Below, in pieces: positions 27,735 through 39,226 of a stretch of 64,000 nucleotides of DNA (positions within the stretch are counted from its first letter, which is position 1; each line of letters starts with the position of its first letter). Source of the stretch: Saprospiraceae bacterium (lineage in GTDB: Bacteria > Bacteroidota > Bacteroidia > Chitinophagales > Saprospiraceae); NCBI GenBank assembly GCA_965263225.1, contig CBDHHG010000051.1:89845-153844 (forward strand), written 5' to 3'. Under the pieces are notes generated by a model that was given only the letters and a program-made list of their open reading frames with translations, had not been told where the DNA came from and ran no database searches. The position numbers and the translations under genes are program-made.

Positions 27735-29276
27735 ATGAATGAAAAAATTGCTATATTGGATTTTGGCTCGCAGTACACGCAGTTGATCGCCCGGCGAGTC
27801 AGAGAACTAAATATTTACAGCGAAATTGTGCCCTTCAATAAGCTGCCCTCCCTCGATGACAGTGTCAAAGCCATTATCTTATCAGGTAGTCCTTTTTCTG
27901 TAAAAGATGATAACGCTTTACATCCTGAGATAGAGCAGTTTATAGGCAAAAAACCTATTCTTGCCGTATGTTACGGCGCACAGTATATTGCCAATTATTT
28001 TGGCGGACAAGTGGAACGTTCTCAAAAGAGAGAATACGGGAAAGCTAATTTGAGGAATATCCAACAAACTGATCCCTTGTTTCGGGAAGTCAGCGGAGAT
28101 TCGCAGGTTTGGATGTCCCATGGAGATACGATTATGCAACTGCCAGAAGGTTTTGAGTTGTTGGCCAAAACGGAGAGTATCAATGTGGCTGCTTTTAAAT
28201 CTAGTAATGGCAAATTTGACGCTCCGGTCTACTGCTTGCAGTTTCATCCAGAGGTAACGCATAGTTTGGATGGCGCTAAGATTCTACGCAATTTTTTGAG
28301 AGATATAGCTGGGTGCGAGGGAGAATGGACTCCTGCTTCCTTTGTGGAAGATACCGTAGCCGCTTTGAGGGACCAGGTAGGGGAAGAACATGTGTTAATG
28401 GGCTTATCCGGAGGGGTAGACTCCACCGTTGCAGCAACATTATTGAGTAAGGCGATTGGGGACCAACTTATTTGCTTTTTTGTTGACAATGGCCTGCTGC
28501 GCAAAGGAGAATTTGAAGAAGTGCTTGCTTCTTATCAAGGGATGGGATTGAATGTGGTTGGGATTGATGCTAAAGAGCAGTTTTATCAAGAGTTAAAAGG
28601 GGTCAGCGATCCAGAGCAAAAGCGCAAGATCATTGGCCGAGTATTTATAGAAGTATTTCAGGAAGCAGCTAAGCAATATCCAAAGGTGGCTTGGCTGGGG
28701 CAGGGAACGATTTATCCAGATGTGATTGAATCTGTCTCAGTACATGGCCCATCTGTAACCATCAAGTCACACCATAATGTTGGGGGCTTACCTGAAAAGC
28801 TGCATTTGAAGATTGTGGAACCACTTCGAATGTTGTTTAAGGATGAGGTTAGAAAGGTGGGTAGAACCTTGGAAATTACGCAAGATATCCTAGGAAGACA
28901 TCCTTTCCCGGGCCCAGGCTTAGGCATTCGGATACTAGGTGACATCACAGCAGAGAAAGTGCAATTATTACAAGAAGCAGATGCCATTTACATCTCTAAT
29001 CTGAAGAAATTTGGGTTATATGATGATGTCTGGCAAGCGGGTACCATTTTGCTTCCTGTTCAATCTGTAGGGGTGATGGGAGATGAGCGGACTTATGAGC
29101 AGGCGGTGGCACTGCGTGCCGTGAATTCTTCCGATGGCATGACGGCTGAATGGAGTCAATTACCCTATGACTTTTTAGCGACGGTCTCCAGTGAAATAAT
29201 CAACAATGTTAAAGGAATCAATCGTGTGGTTTATGATATCAGTACAAAACCTCCTGCGACAATTGAATGGGAGTAA
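27735..29276 (+). CDS. guaA: GMP synthase (glutamine-hydrolysing)
   Basis: '[18 protein letters not shown]', 'CYGAQ', '[10 protein letters not shown]' P-loop, C-terminal 'KPPATIEWE'. Confidence 0.97.
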   Translation: MNEKIAILDFGSQYTQLIARRVRELNIYSEIVPFNKLPSLDDSVKAIILSGSPFSVKDDNALHPEIEQFIGKKPILAVCYGAQYIANYFGGQVERSQKREYGKANLRNIQQTDPLFREVSGDSQVWMSHGDTIMQLPEGFELLAKTESINVAAFKSSNGKFDAPVYCLQFHPEVTHSLDGAKILRNFLRDIAGCEGEWTPASFVEDTVAALRDQVGEEHVLMGLSGGVDSTVAATLLSKAIGDQLICFFVDNGLLRKGEFEEVLASYQGMGLNVVGIDAKEQFYQELKGVSDPEQKRKIIGRVFIEVFQEAAKQYPKVAWLGQGTIYPDVIESVSVHGPSVTIKSHHNVGGLPEKLHLKIVEPLRMLFKDEVRKVGRTLEITQDILGRHPFPGPGLGIRILGDITAEKVQLLQEADAIYISNLKKFGLYDDVWQAGTILLPVQSVGVMGDERTYEQAVALRAVNSSDGMTAEWSQLPYDFLATVSSEIINNVKGINRVVYDISTKPPATIEWE

Positions 29277-29358
29277 GGAGTCTGATCTTTTGTGTGCAAA
29301 AGAGAAACCATCTGAAGCAGTATCTAATGCTGAAACTCAGTATCGAAGCGGACTAAAG

Positions 29359-30795
29359 ATGGTTTTTGGCTTTGTAAGCTTATGTTTTTTCATGAGTTCT
29401 TGTGTGCTTTTCCAGCCCGTGACCAAAGTTGATGATAAGGATAAAGAAGAAGAGGAGCTAGATCCCATTTCTGGTCGTAGAGTTTATGACCCGGAGACGG
29501 GAACCTATATCGAGGTGAAAGATGTCGTGTTGCAAGATATGGACACGATAATATGGACAGATGTACCTGCTTCCGCATTCCCTCCCATTACCGGTTCTGA
29601 TGAGGCTTACACAGGTGGCGGTAGTTCTTCAGATTTGATCCGGGTGGACGATCTAGGGTCAGAGTTCTTGTCTACTTACAATGTGGCCTTAATTCTCCCC
29701 GTTTTAACCGATCGCTTTAATGAGTTCAGCACTGAAATCAATGAAAGTGCTTTGAAAGCTATCAATTACTATGGTGGAGTTCAATTAGCACTAGATCAAT
29801 TACGAGACGAGGATATCAGTCTTAATGTTTCTGTTCTAGATTCAAAAGCGAGTACTTACACAGTTAGTTCCATGCTGCGATCTAACCAGGAAGTGAGAAA
29901 TTCGAACTTAATCATTGGCCCCTTCCTTAGGGACAATATTAATCTAGTGGCGGATTGGGTGAAGCAGAATGAAAAGGTAATGGTTTCGCCCTATAGCGCT
30001 GCTGCAGGCATCGTGTCCAAGACACCAGAGTATGTGCAGGTGAACCCTTCCTTACGCACACATACTGGGGCTATTCTAGAGCATGCCCTTGCAAACTACC
30101 GACAGGATCAGATCGTTTTGGTGAGCAAAGACGTACCCGCAGAAAGAGCTCGCTTACAATACTTTCAAGAAGAGTTTAAGTTAAGGTCAGGCCTCTTCAA
30201 TGCCCCGCCTTTGCAGGAATTCATTATCAGTGACGAATCTGCGGACCTTGCGAATATGGAAGTGTTACCCTTTATCGAAATTCAGGACACTACGGTCTTT
30301 ATTGTGCCCAACTGGGATGAGGCTTTTGTATACGCTTTATTGCGCAAGATTGATATTTCAAAGTTGCCCGAAGATGAAGTAGTGGTATATGGTATGCCAC
30401 AATGGATGCGCTTTCAACGATTGGAATTTGATTACTACGAAAAGCTAAACGTTCACATCAGTAGTAGTTCTTACATCGATCCTTTATCGAGTGAGGTACG
30501 TAGTTTCAAGCAACGATTTTTTGACAAATTTGGAGCTATCCCTACCAATGAGGCTTACTTAGGCTATGATGTAATGTTGTACTTCAGTCGGATGATGAAA
30601 AAATATGGCACGAAATTTCATTTAGCTCTAGAACGAGAACCTACCCAGATGATGCATACCCGGTTCAATTTTGAGCGAGTTGTAGCGCCAGCTAGCCGCT
30701 CAGGGGCTGATCTCTTTGACACCATAGAGCAATTTGAAAACAAATACGTAAACATCCTCAAATTTGAGGACTTCCAATTTCAATTGGCTAACTAG
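29359..30795 (+). CDS. Lipoprotein with a type-1 periplasmic-binding-protein-like fold (LivK-like)
   Basis: Lipobox 'FFMSSC'. An acidic linker is followed by an alternating alpha/beta pattern. The upstream extension overlapping guaA was rejected. Confidence 0.55.
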   Translation: MVFGFVSLCFFMSSCVLFQPVTKVDDKDKEEEELDPISGRRVYDPETGTYIEVKDVVLQDMDTIIWTDVPASAFPPITGSDEAYTGGGSSSDLIRVDDLGSEFLSTYNVALILPVLTDRFNEFSTEINESALKAINYYGGVQLALDQLRDEDISLNVSVLDSKASTYTVSSMLRSNQEVRNSNLIIGPFLRDNINLVADWVKQNEKVMVSPYSAAAGIVSKTPEYVQVNPSLRTHTGAILEHALANYRQDQIVLVSKDVPAERARLQYFQEEFKLRSGLFNAPPLQEFIISDESADLANMEVLPFIEIQDTTVFIVPNWDEAFVYALLRKIDISKLPEDEVVVYGMPQWMRFQRLEFDYYEKLNVHISSSSYIDPLSSEVRSFKQRFFDKFGAIPTNEAYLGYDVMLYFSRMMKKYGTKFHLALEREPTQMMHTRFNFERVVAPASRSGADLFDTIEQFENKYVNILKFEDFQFQLAN

Positions 30796-30831
30796 ATCAT
30801 TGATTTGGAAGAAGGGCGCAGATTAAGACCG

Positions 30832-31479
30832 ATGACACCTCAGCGGGAGGAAAAATTCCGCCGGGTCGTTGCCAAGCGACAATTCAATCTGACAGTTGTG
30901 CTTGAGAACGTGCATGATCCCCATAATATCGGAGCAGTCATGCGAACTTGCGACGCAGTAGGGATTAGAGAAATCTATGTGCTTTATACAGAAGATCAGC
31001 TCACAGAGGAAACCCTACAAGTGGGGACAAGTGCGGCATCCGGTGCCAAGAAATGGGTCGAGGTACATTTATACGAAGACCCAACTGCCTGTTTTAAGGC
31101 GATTCGCCAAAAGTACGATTACATCTTTGCTACACACCTCGCAGAGAACGCCAAATCGCTTTACGATCTAGACCTTACTGCTTCCGTAGCCTTGTTGTTC
31201 GGTAATGAAAAAGATGGAGTATCCGAGACCTCACTCGCATTTACCGATGGTAACTTCCTTATTCCGCAAATGGGAATGGTTCAAAGCCTTAATATTTCCG
31301 TGGCTTGTGCGGTCTCAATGTACGAAGCCCTCCGGCAACGCCAGGCGGCAGATTTGTATAGTCATGATCCAGCAGACTTAAATGCTCAGCAGATTGAATT
31401 ATACGACCGCTACTACCATCTACATGAGCAAAGGATCATTGACCGACGCAATTCAAAAAAAGGTTTGAAACTTGAGTAG
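30832..31479 (+). CDS. SpoU/TrmH-family RNA 2'-O-methyltransferase
   Basis: 'LENVHDPHNIGAVMRTCDAVG', 'LLFGNEKDGVS', 'IPQMGMVQSLNISVACAV'. Confidence 0.85.
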   Translation: MTPQREEKFRRVVAKRQFNLTVVLENVHDPHNIGAVMRTCDAVGIREIYVLYTEDQLTEETLQVGTSAASGAKKWVEVHLYEDPTACFKAIRQKYDYIFATHLAENAKSLYDLDLTASVALLFGNEKDGVSETSLAFTDGNFLIPQMGMVQSLNISVACAVSMYEALRQRQAADLYSHDPADLNAQQIELYDRYYHLHEQRIIDRRNSKKGLKLE

Positions 31480-31496
31480 AACTCATCTCTCTTGAT

Positions 31497-34166
31497 CTAT
31501 TCATTCCTAAGGGAGGAAATTGGGTTTAAACGTGCCGTTCTGACGGATTGAAAGCTTATGGTTAACAATGCGATGCTTAAAACAAGTACCGCAGACAGGG
31601 CGAAAAACCACCACTTCATGTCAACGCTATAGGCAAAGTTCTGTAACCATTTATTCATTCCATACCAAGCCAAGGGAATGGCTATGACTAATGATATAAC
31701 GATTAGTCGGATAAAATCTTTGGATAGTAGCAGGATAAGCTGCCCCAGACTCGCGCCTAAAACTTTCCGGATACCAATTTCCTTGGTTCTTTGCAAGGCC
31801 GCGAAAGTAGCTAACCCCCATAAACCCAGACAGGAAATCAATAAGGCCAGGAGAGCAAAGATCTTAAAGAGACCGTATAAGCGACCTTCGCCTTCATAAT
31901 AGCGTTCTATGGTTTCGTCCAAAAACGTGAAGTCATATATGTTTTTAGGAAAAATCTTTTCCCAAGCTGTCTTGATAGCCGCTAAGGTAGTCGGGATGTC
32001 TTGTCCTGCTTGTAATTTCATACTAGCTGCCCATTGATATCGTGCAAAGGGGCTGATGATTAAAGGCTCAATGGCTTCGTGGAGTGATGAAATATTGAAA
32101 TCTGCCATCACACCAACGATTTCGACCTTCCATTCGTTAATGCCGATTATAAAGCGCTTGCCTAAGGCTTCTTCCGGTGTGCCGAATCCCATGCTCTTAA
32201 TCAGCTTCTCATTTACCACGACCTTGGGATGTCTTTCTTCCGTAGGTAAAGAGCTAGAAATGTAGATACTATCTGTATTCGCAGTAAAGCGGCCTGACAA
32301 TAACTGGAGGCCAAACAAATCGTCAAAGACTTCATCTGCCCATATAATACGAACGCTCTGTCGATCCGGGGCGTTGAGGTCCGTTAGGTGCATATCCGTA
32401 GTCCAGCTATCCTCGCCAGCAGGCGGGGCTAAGGCAAAACTAATGGATTCCACCTGTGGAAGTTGCCGGATCGCTCGTTCAAAAACTTCATTCTTTTCGA
32501 CATCGGGCATGTCTACCGTAATAATGTTGTCCTTCTCAAACCCTAATTGCTTATTGTGGAATAAACTCATTTGCTGAGACATAATCAGCAAAGCTACCAA
32601 CAAGGCTCCTGAGATGCTAAATTGCGTGACCACCAAGGCTTTTCGCAAGAAATTAGATTGCCGATCGCTATGATTAGCAGAGGACTTGATCGCCTGAGCT
32701 GGTTGAAATGTAGAAATGAGCCAGGCAGGGTATATGCCAGTAAGGAAACCCGTGATCAGCAAGAAACCAATAAACCCGAATAGAACAATGGGAGTAAATA
32801 GAAGTCTACTGTCGATATTTCGTTCTAGAAGTTCATTAATCCAGGAGATGCTGTTAAAGGCTAACAAGTAGGCAAGTACACTAGAAGACAAGATTAGAAT
32901 AAAGGCTTCGATAAGAAATTGCGCTACCAACTGGGTTCGATTCGCTCCGATGGCTTTACGCACCCCTACCTCCTTGGCCCTGGTCAGGGCTTGGGCGGTG
33001 GATAGGTTAATGAAGTTGATACATGCAAGTATCAATACCAATAGGCTAATCCCGCTGAAGAACCAAAGCCAGATGGGGTTGATGGCATCTACCCACTTTG
33101 AGCCTCCTTCTACTTCAGGTTGAAGATGAATATCCTTCAAGGCTTGTAAGGCTGCGTAGGCAATCTCTGGATCCTCTTCTTCATTATTCACGTGTGTGTC
33201 GAACATAGCTCTGATGGAGTTTTCTACAGATGAAGGTTGTATTCCATCCTGTAACACAATGTAGGTAGATGCTCCAAAAGTCAACGACCAGTTTTCAAGA
33301 TTACCTAATATAAATTTATTCTGGGGAAAATAGGAAAGTAGCATGTTTGCTGGCAAATGGGTGTTATTGGGTGGGTTTTTCATCACACCAGCTACTTCTA
33401 CCGTTTGTTTATTATGGTAGAGGAAGGTCTTGCCTATCGGGTCTGCATCCCCAAAGAACTTCTTGGCAGTAGCCTGTGAAAGAATAGCTTTGTTTGGACT
33501 TGCCAAGGCTTCCTTGGCATTGCCTCTAATGATGTTGAAGTCAAAAATATCCAATAAGCCAACATCGGCCATCAGGATATGGGACTGCTTAAAGCGTTTC
33601 CCGCCTTTGATTTCAATAACGCGTTCCGCTTGGGGGTAAGCTACTCCCACCAGGGCTACATCCGGGAGTTCTTCCCGAACAGCGATAGGAAGCGGGTAGG
33701 GTGCACTATAATCTAGGGATTTTTCCCCTTCATCTTCCCATACCTGGTTGACTCTATAGATGTGTTCAGCCTTGTCATGATAACCATCATAGCTGAGTTC
33801 ATGAAAAATAAAAACACCAATGAGTAAACATACCGTTAGCCCGATCGTGAGCCCTAGAACATGTAGAGCGGTGTGTAATTTTTGCTTACCCAATCTTCTA
33901 AAAATGAATTGCAAGTGTTTAGTTATCATAGCCAAGTGAATTTGTTGTAGAATCCAGAATTTGTGATTCTTTAAGGTCGAATAATTGAAGAAACGCAAGA
34001 CCTCCCATGCAAATAATTGTTTGGCACGCTTGGTCCCATGTTCAGCTAGATTGATTTCAAAAGATTCGTAGAGGTCTCCTTGGATCTCTTCTAAAAGTTC
34101 TATTGGGCAATACCATTCTAGGAAACGATTGGCCCACTTTGGCAAGTCGGGAAAGGAATGGTTCAT
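31497..34166 (-). CDS. FtsX/MacB-type ABC transporter permease with an N-terminal PadR-associated 'permease prefix'
   Basis: 'WANRFLEWYCPIELLEEIQGDLYESF' prefix and two FtsX 4-TM modules ('TKEIGIRKVLGAS', 'AKEVGVRKAIGAN'). Confidence 0.9.
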   Translation of the reverse strand: MNHSFPDLPKWANRFLEWYCPIELLEEIQGDLYESFEINLAEHGTKRAKQLFAWEVLRFFNYSTLKNHKFWILQQIHLAMITKHLQFIFRRLGKQKLHTALHVLGLTIGLTVCLLIGVFIFHELSYDGYHDKAEHIYRVNQVWEDEGEKSLDYSAPYPLPIAVREELPDVALVGVAYPQAERVIEIKGGKRFKQSHILMADVGLLDIFDFNIIRGNAKEALASPNKAILSQATAKKFFGDADPIGKTFLYHNKQTVEVAGVMKNPPNNTHLPANMLLSYFPQNKFILGNLENWSLTFGASTYIVLQDGIQPSSVENSIRAMFDTHVNNEEEDPEIAYAALQALKDIHLQPEVEGGSKWVDAINPIWLWFFSGISLLVLILACINFINLSTAQALTRAKEVGVRKAIGANRTQLVAQFLIEAFILILSSSVLAYLLAFNSISWINELLERNIDSRLLFTPIVLFGFIGFLLITGFLTGIYPAWLISTFQPAQAIKSSANHSDRQSNFLRKALVVTQFSISGALLVALLIMSQQMSLFHNKQLGFEKDNIITVDMPDVEKNEVFERAIRQLPQVESISFALAPPAGEDSWTTDMHLTDLNAPDRQSVRIIWADEVFDDLFGLQLLSGRFTANTDSIYISSSLPTEERHPKVVVNEKLIKSMGFGTPEEALGKRFIIGINEWKVEIVGVMADFNISSLHEAIEPLIISPFARYQWAASMKLQAGQDIPTTLAAIKTAWEKIFPKNIYDFTFLDETIERYYEGEGRLYGLFKIFALLALLISCLGLWGLATFAALQRTKEIGIRKVLGASLGQLILLLSKDFIRLIVISLVIAIPLAWYGMNKWLQNFAYSVDMKWWFFALSAVLVLSIALLTISFQSVRTARLNPISSLRNE

Positions 34167-34174
34167 TGTAGTCG

Positions 34175-34495
34175 CTAGAATTTTAACTTGGGAATTAGGG
34201 ACCAGATCCGGTTTCGCTCTTCTTGGTATTCCGTCAGTTTTTTGTAGCCAAACGCTGTAATGCGGTATAGGCGTTTCCGTCGACCACCACGTTCGGCACT
34301 GGCTCCTCCCAGTTCGGACACTAAGAAGCCCTTATCCTCAAGCCGTCTTAGTACGGTATGGATGGCACTCAAGGAGATTTCCTGCTTGTATTGTTCGATA
34401 TAAGCCTGGCGTACTAATACGCCGTAGGCTTCATCTTTCACCAGGACTACCATTAGTAACACCATTTCTTCTAAGTTTCCTAAACGATCTGCCAT
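34175..34495 (-). CDS. PadR-family transcriptional regulator
   Basis: Winged helix 'LSAIHTVLRRLEDKGFLVSELGGASAERGGRRKRLYRITAFG'. Lies 8 nt upstream of the permease gene. Confidence 0.92.
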   Translation of the reverse strand: MADRLGNLEEMVLLMVVLVKDEAYGVLVRQAYIEQYKQEISLSAIHTVLRRLEDKGFLVSELGGASAERGGRRKRLYRITAFGYKKLTEYQEERNRIWSLIPKLKF

Positions 34496-34507
34496 TTATT
34501 ATATCAG

Positions 34508-34590
34508 CTTTTGTAAAACAAATACAGGGCAATTATATGAACTTTTGTAAAACAAATCAATTTTATTTTGTGAATATTTGTAAAAGAAAT
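34508..34590. promoter_or_regulatory. Three phased operator-like repeats upstream of padR
   Basis: CTTTTGTAAAACAAAT occurs at 34508-34523 and 34542-34557 (exact 16-mers). A degenerate copy TATTTGTAAAAGAAAT lies at 34575-34590. Spacing is about 33-34 bp. Each copy contains the dyad TTTGT-N3-ACAAA. Confidence 0.6.
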
Positions 34591-34837
34591 AAAAGTAGAA
34601 CTGTAAGTGTTTGATATATAAATACTTGTGTGTTTAGGTGAAAGGAATTCGTTGGTGGAAAACCCTAACGAGCGATGGGAAAAAAGGTGGTGTGGGAATT
34701 GAGGGGGAAGGGGAGGGCATCCCTAGCCATTGTTACGTGCTTGCCTAGCTATCCAGATAGATTATCACCAACAACTAAGCTCGGACCGGGTAGGTATGCA
34801 GAATAAGCCCTTTAGAAATGAAGTAGGAGGGCAAGTT

Positions 34838-34878
34838 CACCTAACTAGTTGGTATCATCAACACCAACTAGTTAGGTG
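34838..34878 (-). terminator. Strong hairpin immediately downstream of bshC
   Basis: Perfect 16-bp arms CACCTAACTAGTTGGT / ACCAACTAGTTAGGTG with a 9-nt loop. No U-tract. Confidence 0.55.
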
Positions 34879-34886
34879 CCTAAAAG

Positions 34887-36503
34887 TTACGCACTGATTA
34901 CCACAAACCCTTCTTCCAAAGGATCCAGGTGCTCGAGTAGCGTATCGAAGAATCCTCTACCGTGCTGTAGGTAGAAGGCCAAGAAGTTGTCGTGCCGCTC
35001 CTGCAAGCCATTTTTAGGGAAGAGCTTTTCCTTGAGCACGCGAATTTGGTTCAGAGCAACTTCGTGTTTCTGTTTCTCAGCCCGCATTAGCCTTCCCTCT
35101 AATTGGTTGAGGATATTCAGTTGCTTGGCCTGTTCAGCAGCTACTGTTTTGGCAAGTGTCGGGTCGATTTCCTGGGCTTTGTACTTAATCGCCTCAAAGA
35201 GTTTTTGATGCTGCGCTTTCTCTTCTGCTAGGCTCAACTCACTCTCCGTATTTTGCTTGATGAACCGCTTTAGTAAGGCCTCGGTTTCGACGAAAAGATC
35301 ATCGACCTCCAATCCTAACTTCTTCATCCTTTTTTGCGTGCCAGCGTCTAGCCAAAGCACGGAGTTTCTTCGAATGAGCATGGGGAAGTTAAGACTAAAA
35401 TGAGCAAACTGTTCTTGACGTTCTAGCCAGTAAGCAATTTCTCCACCCCCGCCAATGTAAGCTAGGTTAGGTAGGATAAGTTCCTGGTAAAGGGGCCGCA
35501 TCACCACATTGGGACTAAAATGCTCTGGATGTTGCTCCAATTCTACCATCAATTCTCCCTCGGTAAAGCGGTAGTCCGTATTTAAGACCTCATATTGGTT
35601 ATTCTCAAATACAATTCGTTCACGTATCTGATCCCTCAAGTAGAAAAGGTTAATTGCTCTTGCGTGAGCTTGACCAGAGAAGCCAGCTTCTTCCAACTCA
35701 GCTGTAGCCTTGTGAATGAAGGCTTGGGAAGGTCTTTCCAAGAGTTCTTGCTTCATGATCGGAATGAACTCCCTTTTTAATTTAGGATCATTCATCCCCA
35801 ACACAACAAGGCCATAGCTGCCAAATAATTGGTTGACAAGATCGATGGTCGCTAGGCTATATTTCTCATGTGAAGTATAAGCTTTCTTTAGAATTTGGTA
35901 GATTTCCACTGCGGTGGAACGATCTCCCAGTATCTCTTCTAGTTGCTCCAAGACGGGGCGAAGGCTAGCCGTATTCATCATGCCCACTGAGCCCTTTTCT
36001 TCGTTTTCCCAAACAATCTCCTTATTGAAAAGATGTAAGTGGTTTACCTCTTCAAAATCATGATCCTCTCCACCCGTGACAAAAATGGGAACAAAGCGAT
36101 GCCCGGGATATTGCTTATTTAATAATTGACAAAGATGTATGGCTGAGACAATCTTGTAGATATAATACAAGGGGCCGGTAGCCAAACTGGGTTGGTGTGC
36201 GGTGGTGATCGTGAAAGTCGTTGCCTCCAGTAAGGCCTCGATATTGGATTGGGTAGCTTCCGTAACCTCCAATGACGCATATTGGGTCTGCAATACTTCG
36301 AAGAGGACCTTGCGATTAGTGTGATCCTTACTCTTATCGGCCATTACCTTGTCAAAAGTGGCAAGGGTAGTGTCATATTTGTAGAAGGGGCGAAGTTTGG
36401 GATGCTTGGTAGCGTAGGCGATGTCTTTTTGGCTAAGTTGTTCTACCTGCTGAAAAGGTATGCGATTTACTGTCACAGTAGCGGTTTTAGTATGTGTTTC
36501 CAA
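34887..36503 (-). CDS. bshC: Bacillithiol biosynthesis cysteine-adding enzyme BshC
   Basis: About 538 aa. 'TTAHQPSLATGPLYYIYKIVSAI', 'IGGGGEIAYW' and a C-terminal coiled coil match my recollection of BshC. The start is non-ATG (TTG 36503 or GTG 36476). Confidence 0.8.
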   Translation of the reverse strand: METHTKTATVTVNRIPFQQVEQLSQKDIAYATKHPKLRPFYKYDTTLATFDKVMADKSKDHTNRKVLFEVLQTQYASLEVTEATQSNIEALLEATTFTITTAHQPSLATGPLYYIYKIVSAIHLCQLLNKQYPGHRFVPIFVTGGEDHDFEEVNHLHLFNKEIVWENEEKGSVGMMNTASLRPVLEQLEEILGDRSTAVEIYQILKKAYTSHEKYSLATIDLVNQLFGSYGLVVLGMNDPKLKREFIPIMKQELLERPSQAFIHKATAELEEAGFSGQAHARAINLFYLRDQIRERIVFENNQYEVLNTDYRFTEGELMVELEQHPEHFSPNVVMRPLYQELILPNLAYIGGGGEIAYWLERQEQFAHFSLNFPMLIRRNSVLWLDAGTQKRMKKLGLEVDDLFVETEALLKRFIKQNTESELSLAEEKAQHQKLFEAIKYKAQEIDPTLAKTVAAEQAKQLNILNQLEGRLMRAEKQKHEVALNQIRVLKEKLFPKNGLQERHDNFLAFYLQHGRGFFDTLLEHLDPLEEGFVVISA

Positions 36504-36588
36504 GACGCAAATGAATTTTATCCTGTTTGATAGACCAATGCAGAAATATGGATCTAATTGTCGGGCAATTAAAAGACAATGATACTAA

Positions 36589-38169
<1,581 letters not shown>

Positions 38170-38210
38170 AGGTATCTCTTTATGGTTCAGATGGTGCCGA
38201 TAGAAGAATA

Positions 38211-38251
38211 AAAAAAAGGGGCTTATCCATGAAGTTGGATAGGCCCTTTTT
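38211..38251. terminator. Bidirectional terminator between glpK and the convergent ECF operon
   Basis: AAAAAAA-GGGGCTTATCCA-loop-TGGATAGGCCC-TTTTT (one G-U pair). Confidence 0.8.
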
Positions 38252-38281
38252 GGATGAGGTATCTCAAGTTTATCCCAATTT

Positions 38282-39226
38282 TTAGGGCTTAGGTACCTTA
38301 TCCGCTTTTTCCAAATGGATATCCCCTAGGGTGACGGTCAAGGTGATGGTCGCAAAAAACTCTCTGGTAGGAGGTTTGAAACGGTACCTCTTCAAGGTGG
38401 GTTGATCTTCTAGTAGTGCTAGTTTGAGATCATCCGGGACGTTGATGTCTCCCTGATTTGCCACTAAGTTATAACTATAAAAGGCTGGGTTGGGATTGAA
38501 AAAATAGACATCAGAGTGGGTGGCATCCAAATTGAGTTTTAGCAATTGATCCTCGGCGAAGATCCGGATCACTCCATAATGTGAAGTGATGTCATAGCTT
38601 CCGCTAATATTGGTCAAGAGGATGTCCGAGCGTCGGGAATTGATACGTACCTGGCCATCAATCAAATCCCCAATGATATCTCCAAATCGACTTTGTACAT
38701 CTACCGTTCCCTGGATATTGTCCAAACCAATGGAGCTAAATTCGCTATTTACGCGCAAGCTATTGGTAAGATTACTGATGTTGGCTTCCCCGAAATGATT
38801 CTTCAGGTATACCGGACAGTCTTCCGGGAGCGTAATCAAGTAACGAGCCGATAAGGCAGCGGCGGGCTTTGGGGCACCTTCTTCCGTGGAGACATAATTC
38901 CGCAGGTACACCTTGTTTTTCACCCTTTTAGCCAGGTACTTTAAATCTTCGATATCCTTCAGGGCCACATTCTGATCCTTATGCTTGGCAATTAGTTCCA
39001 ATTCAATCTTAATCTCATTTTTATCCCAAGTTTGAATCGAAACATCAGCTTTTTCTCCTTCAATATTTACTTCATATCCCGGTTTGTAGGAGAAAGATTT
39101 TTCTACCTTTTTAGTGACTACTTGCAAAACGGTCTGTTGCCCCCAGCTATTGCTGAACGGTAGTAGCAACAAGACGGCAATACTTGCTTTTAAATACATT
39201 CGCATTTGAGCAAAAACACTTGTCAT
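38282..39226 (-). CDS. Secreted beta-rich protein (DUF4097-like putative adhesin), third gene of the ECF operon
   Basis: Signal peptide and repeated short strand motifs ending 'GDI(N/H)'. The start overlaps the upstream stop (ATGA). Confidence 0.45.
   Translation of the reverse strand: MTSVFAQMRMYLKASIAVLLLLPFSNSWGQQTVLQVVTKKVEKSFSYKPGYEVNIEGEKADVSIQTWDKNEIKIELELIAKHKDQNVALKDIEDLKYLAKRVKNKVYLRNYVSTEEGAPKPAAALSARYLITLPEDCPVYLKNHFGEANISNLTNSLRVNSEFSSIGLDNIQGTVDVQSRFGDIIGDLIDGQVRINSRRSDILLTNISGSYDITSHYGVIRIFAEDQLLKLNLDATHSDVYFFNPNPAFYSYNLVANQGDINVPDDLKLALLEDQPTLKRYRFKPPTREFFATITLTVTLGDIHLEKADKVPKP

Noticed and set aside
29206-29358. N-terminal extension of the lipoprotein ORF overlapping the guaA 3' end by 71 nt
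   Set aside because: The internal ATG at 29359 starts a canonical lipoprotein signal peptide (…FFMSSC). The extension has no signal and overlaps a conserved gene.
34508-34590. Possibility that the repeated 16-mers are a mini-CRISPR array
   Set aside because: There are only three copies. The repeats are 16 nt and AT-rich, the spacers are about 18 nt, and there are no cas genes. Their position directly upstream of a PadR regulator fits operators far better.
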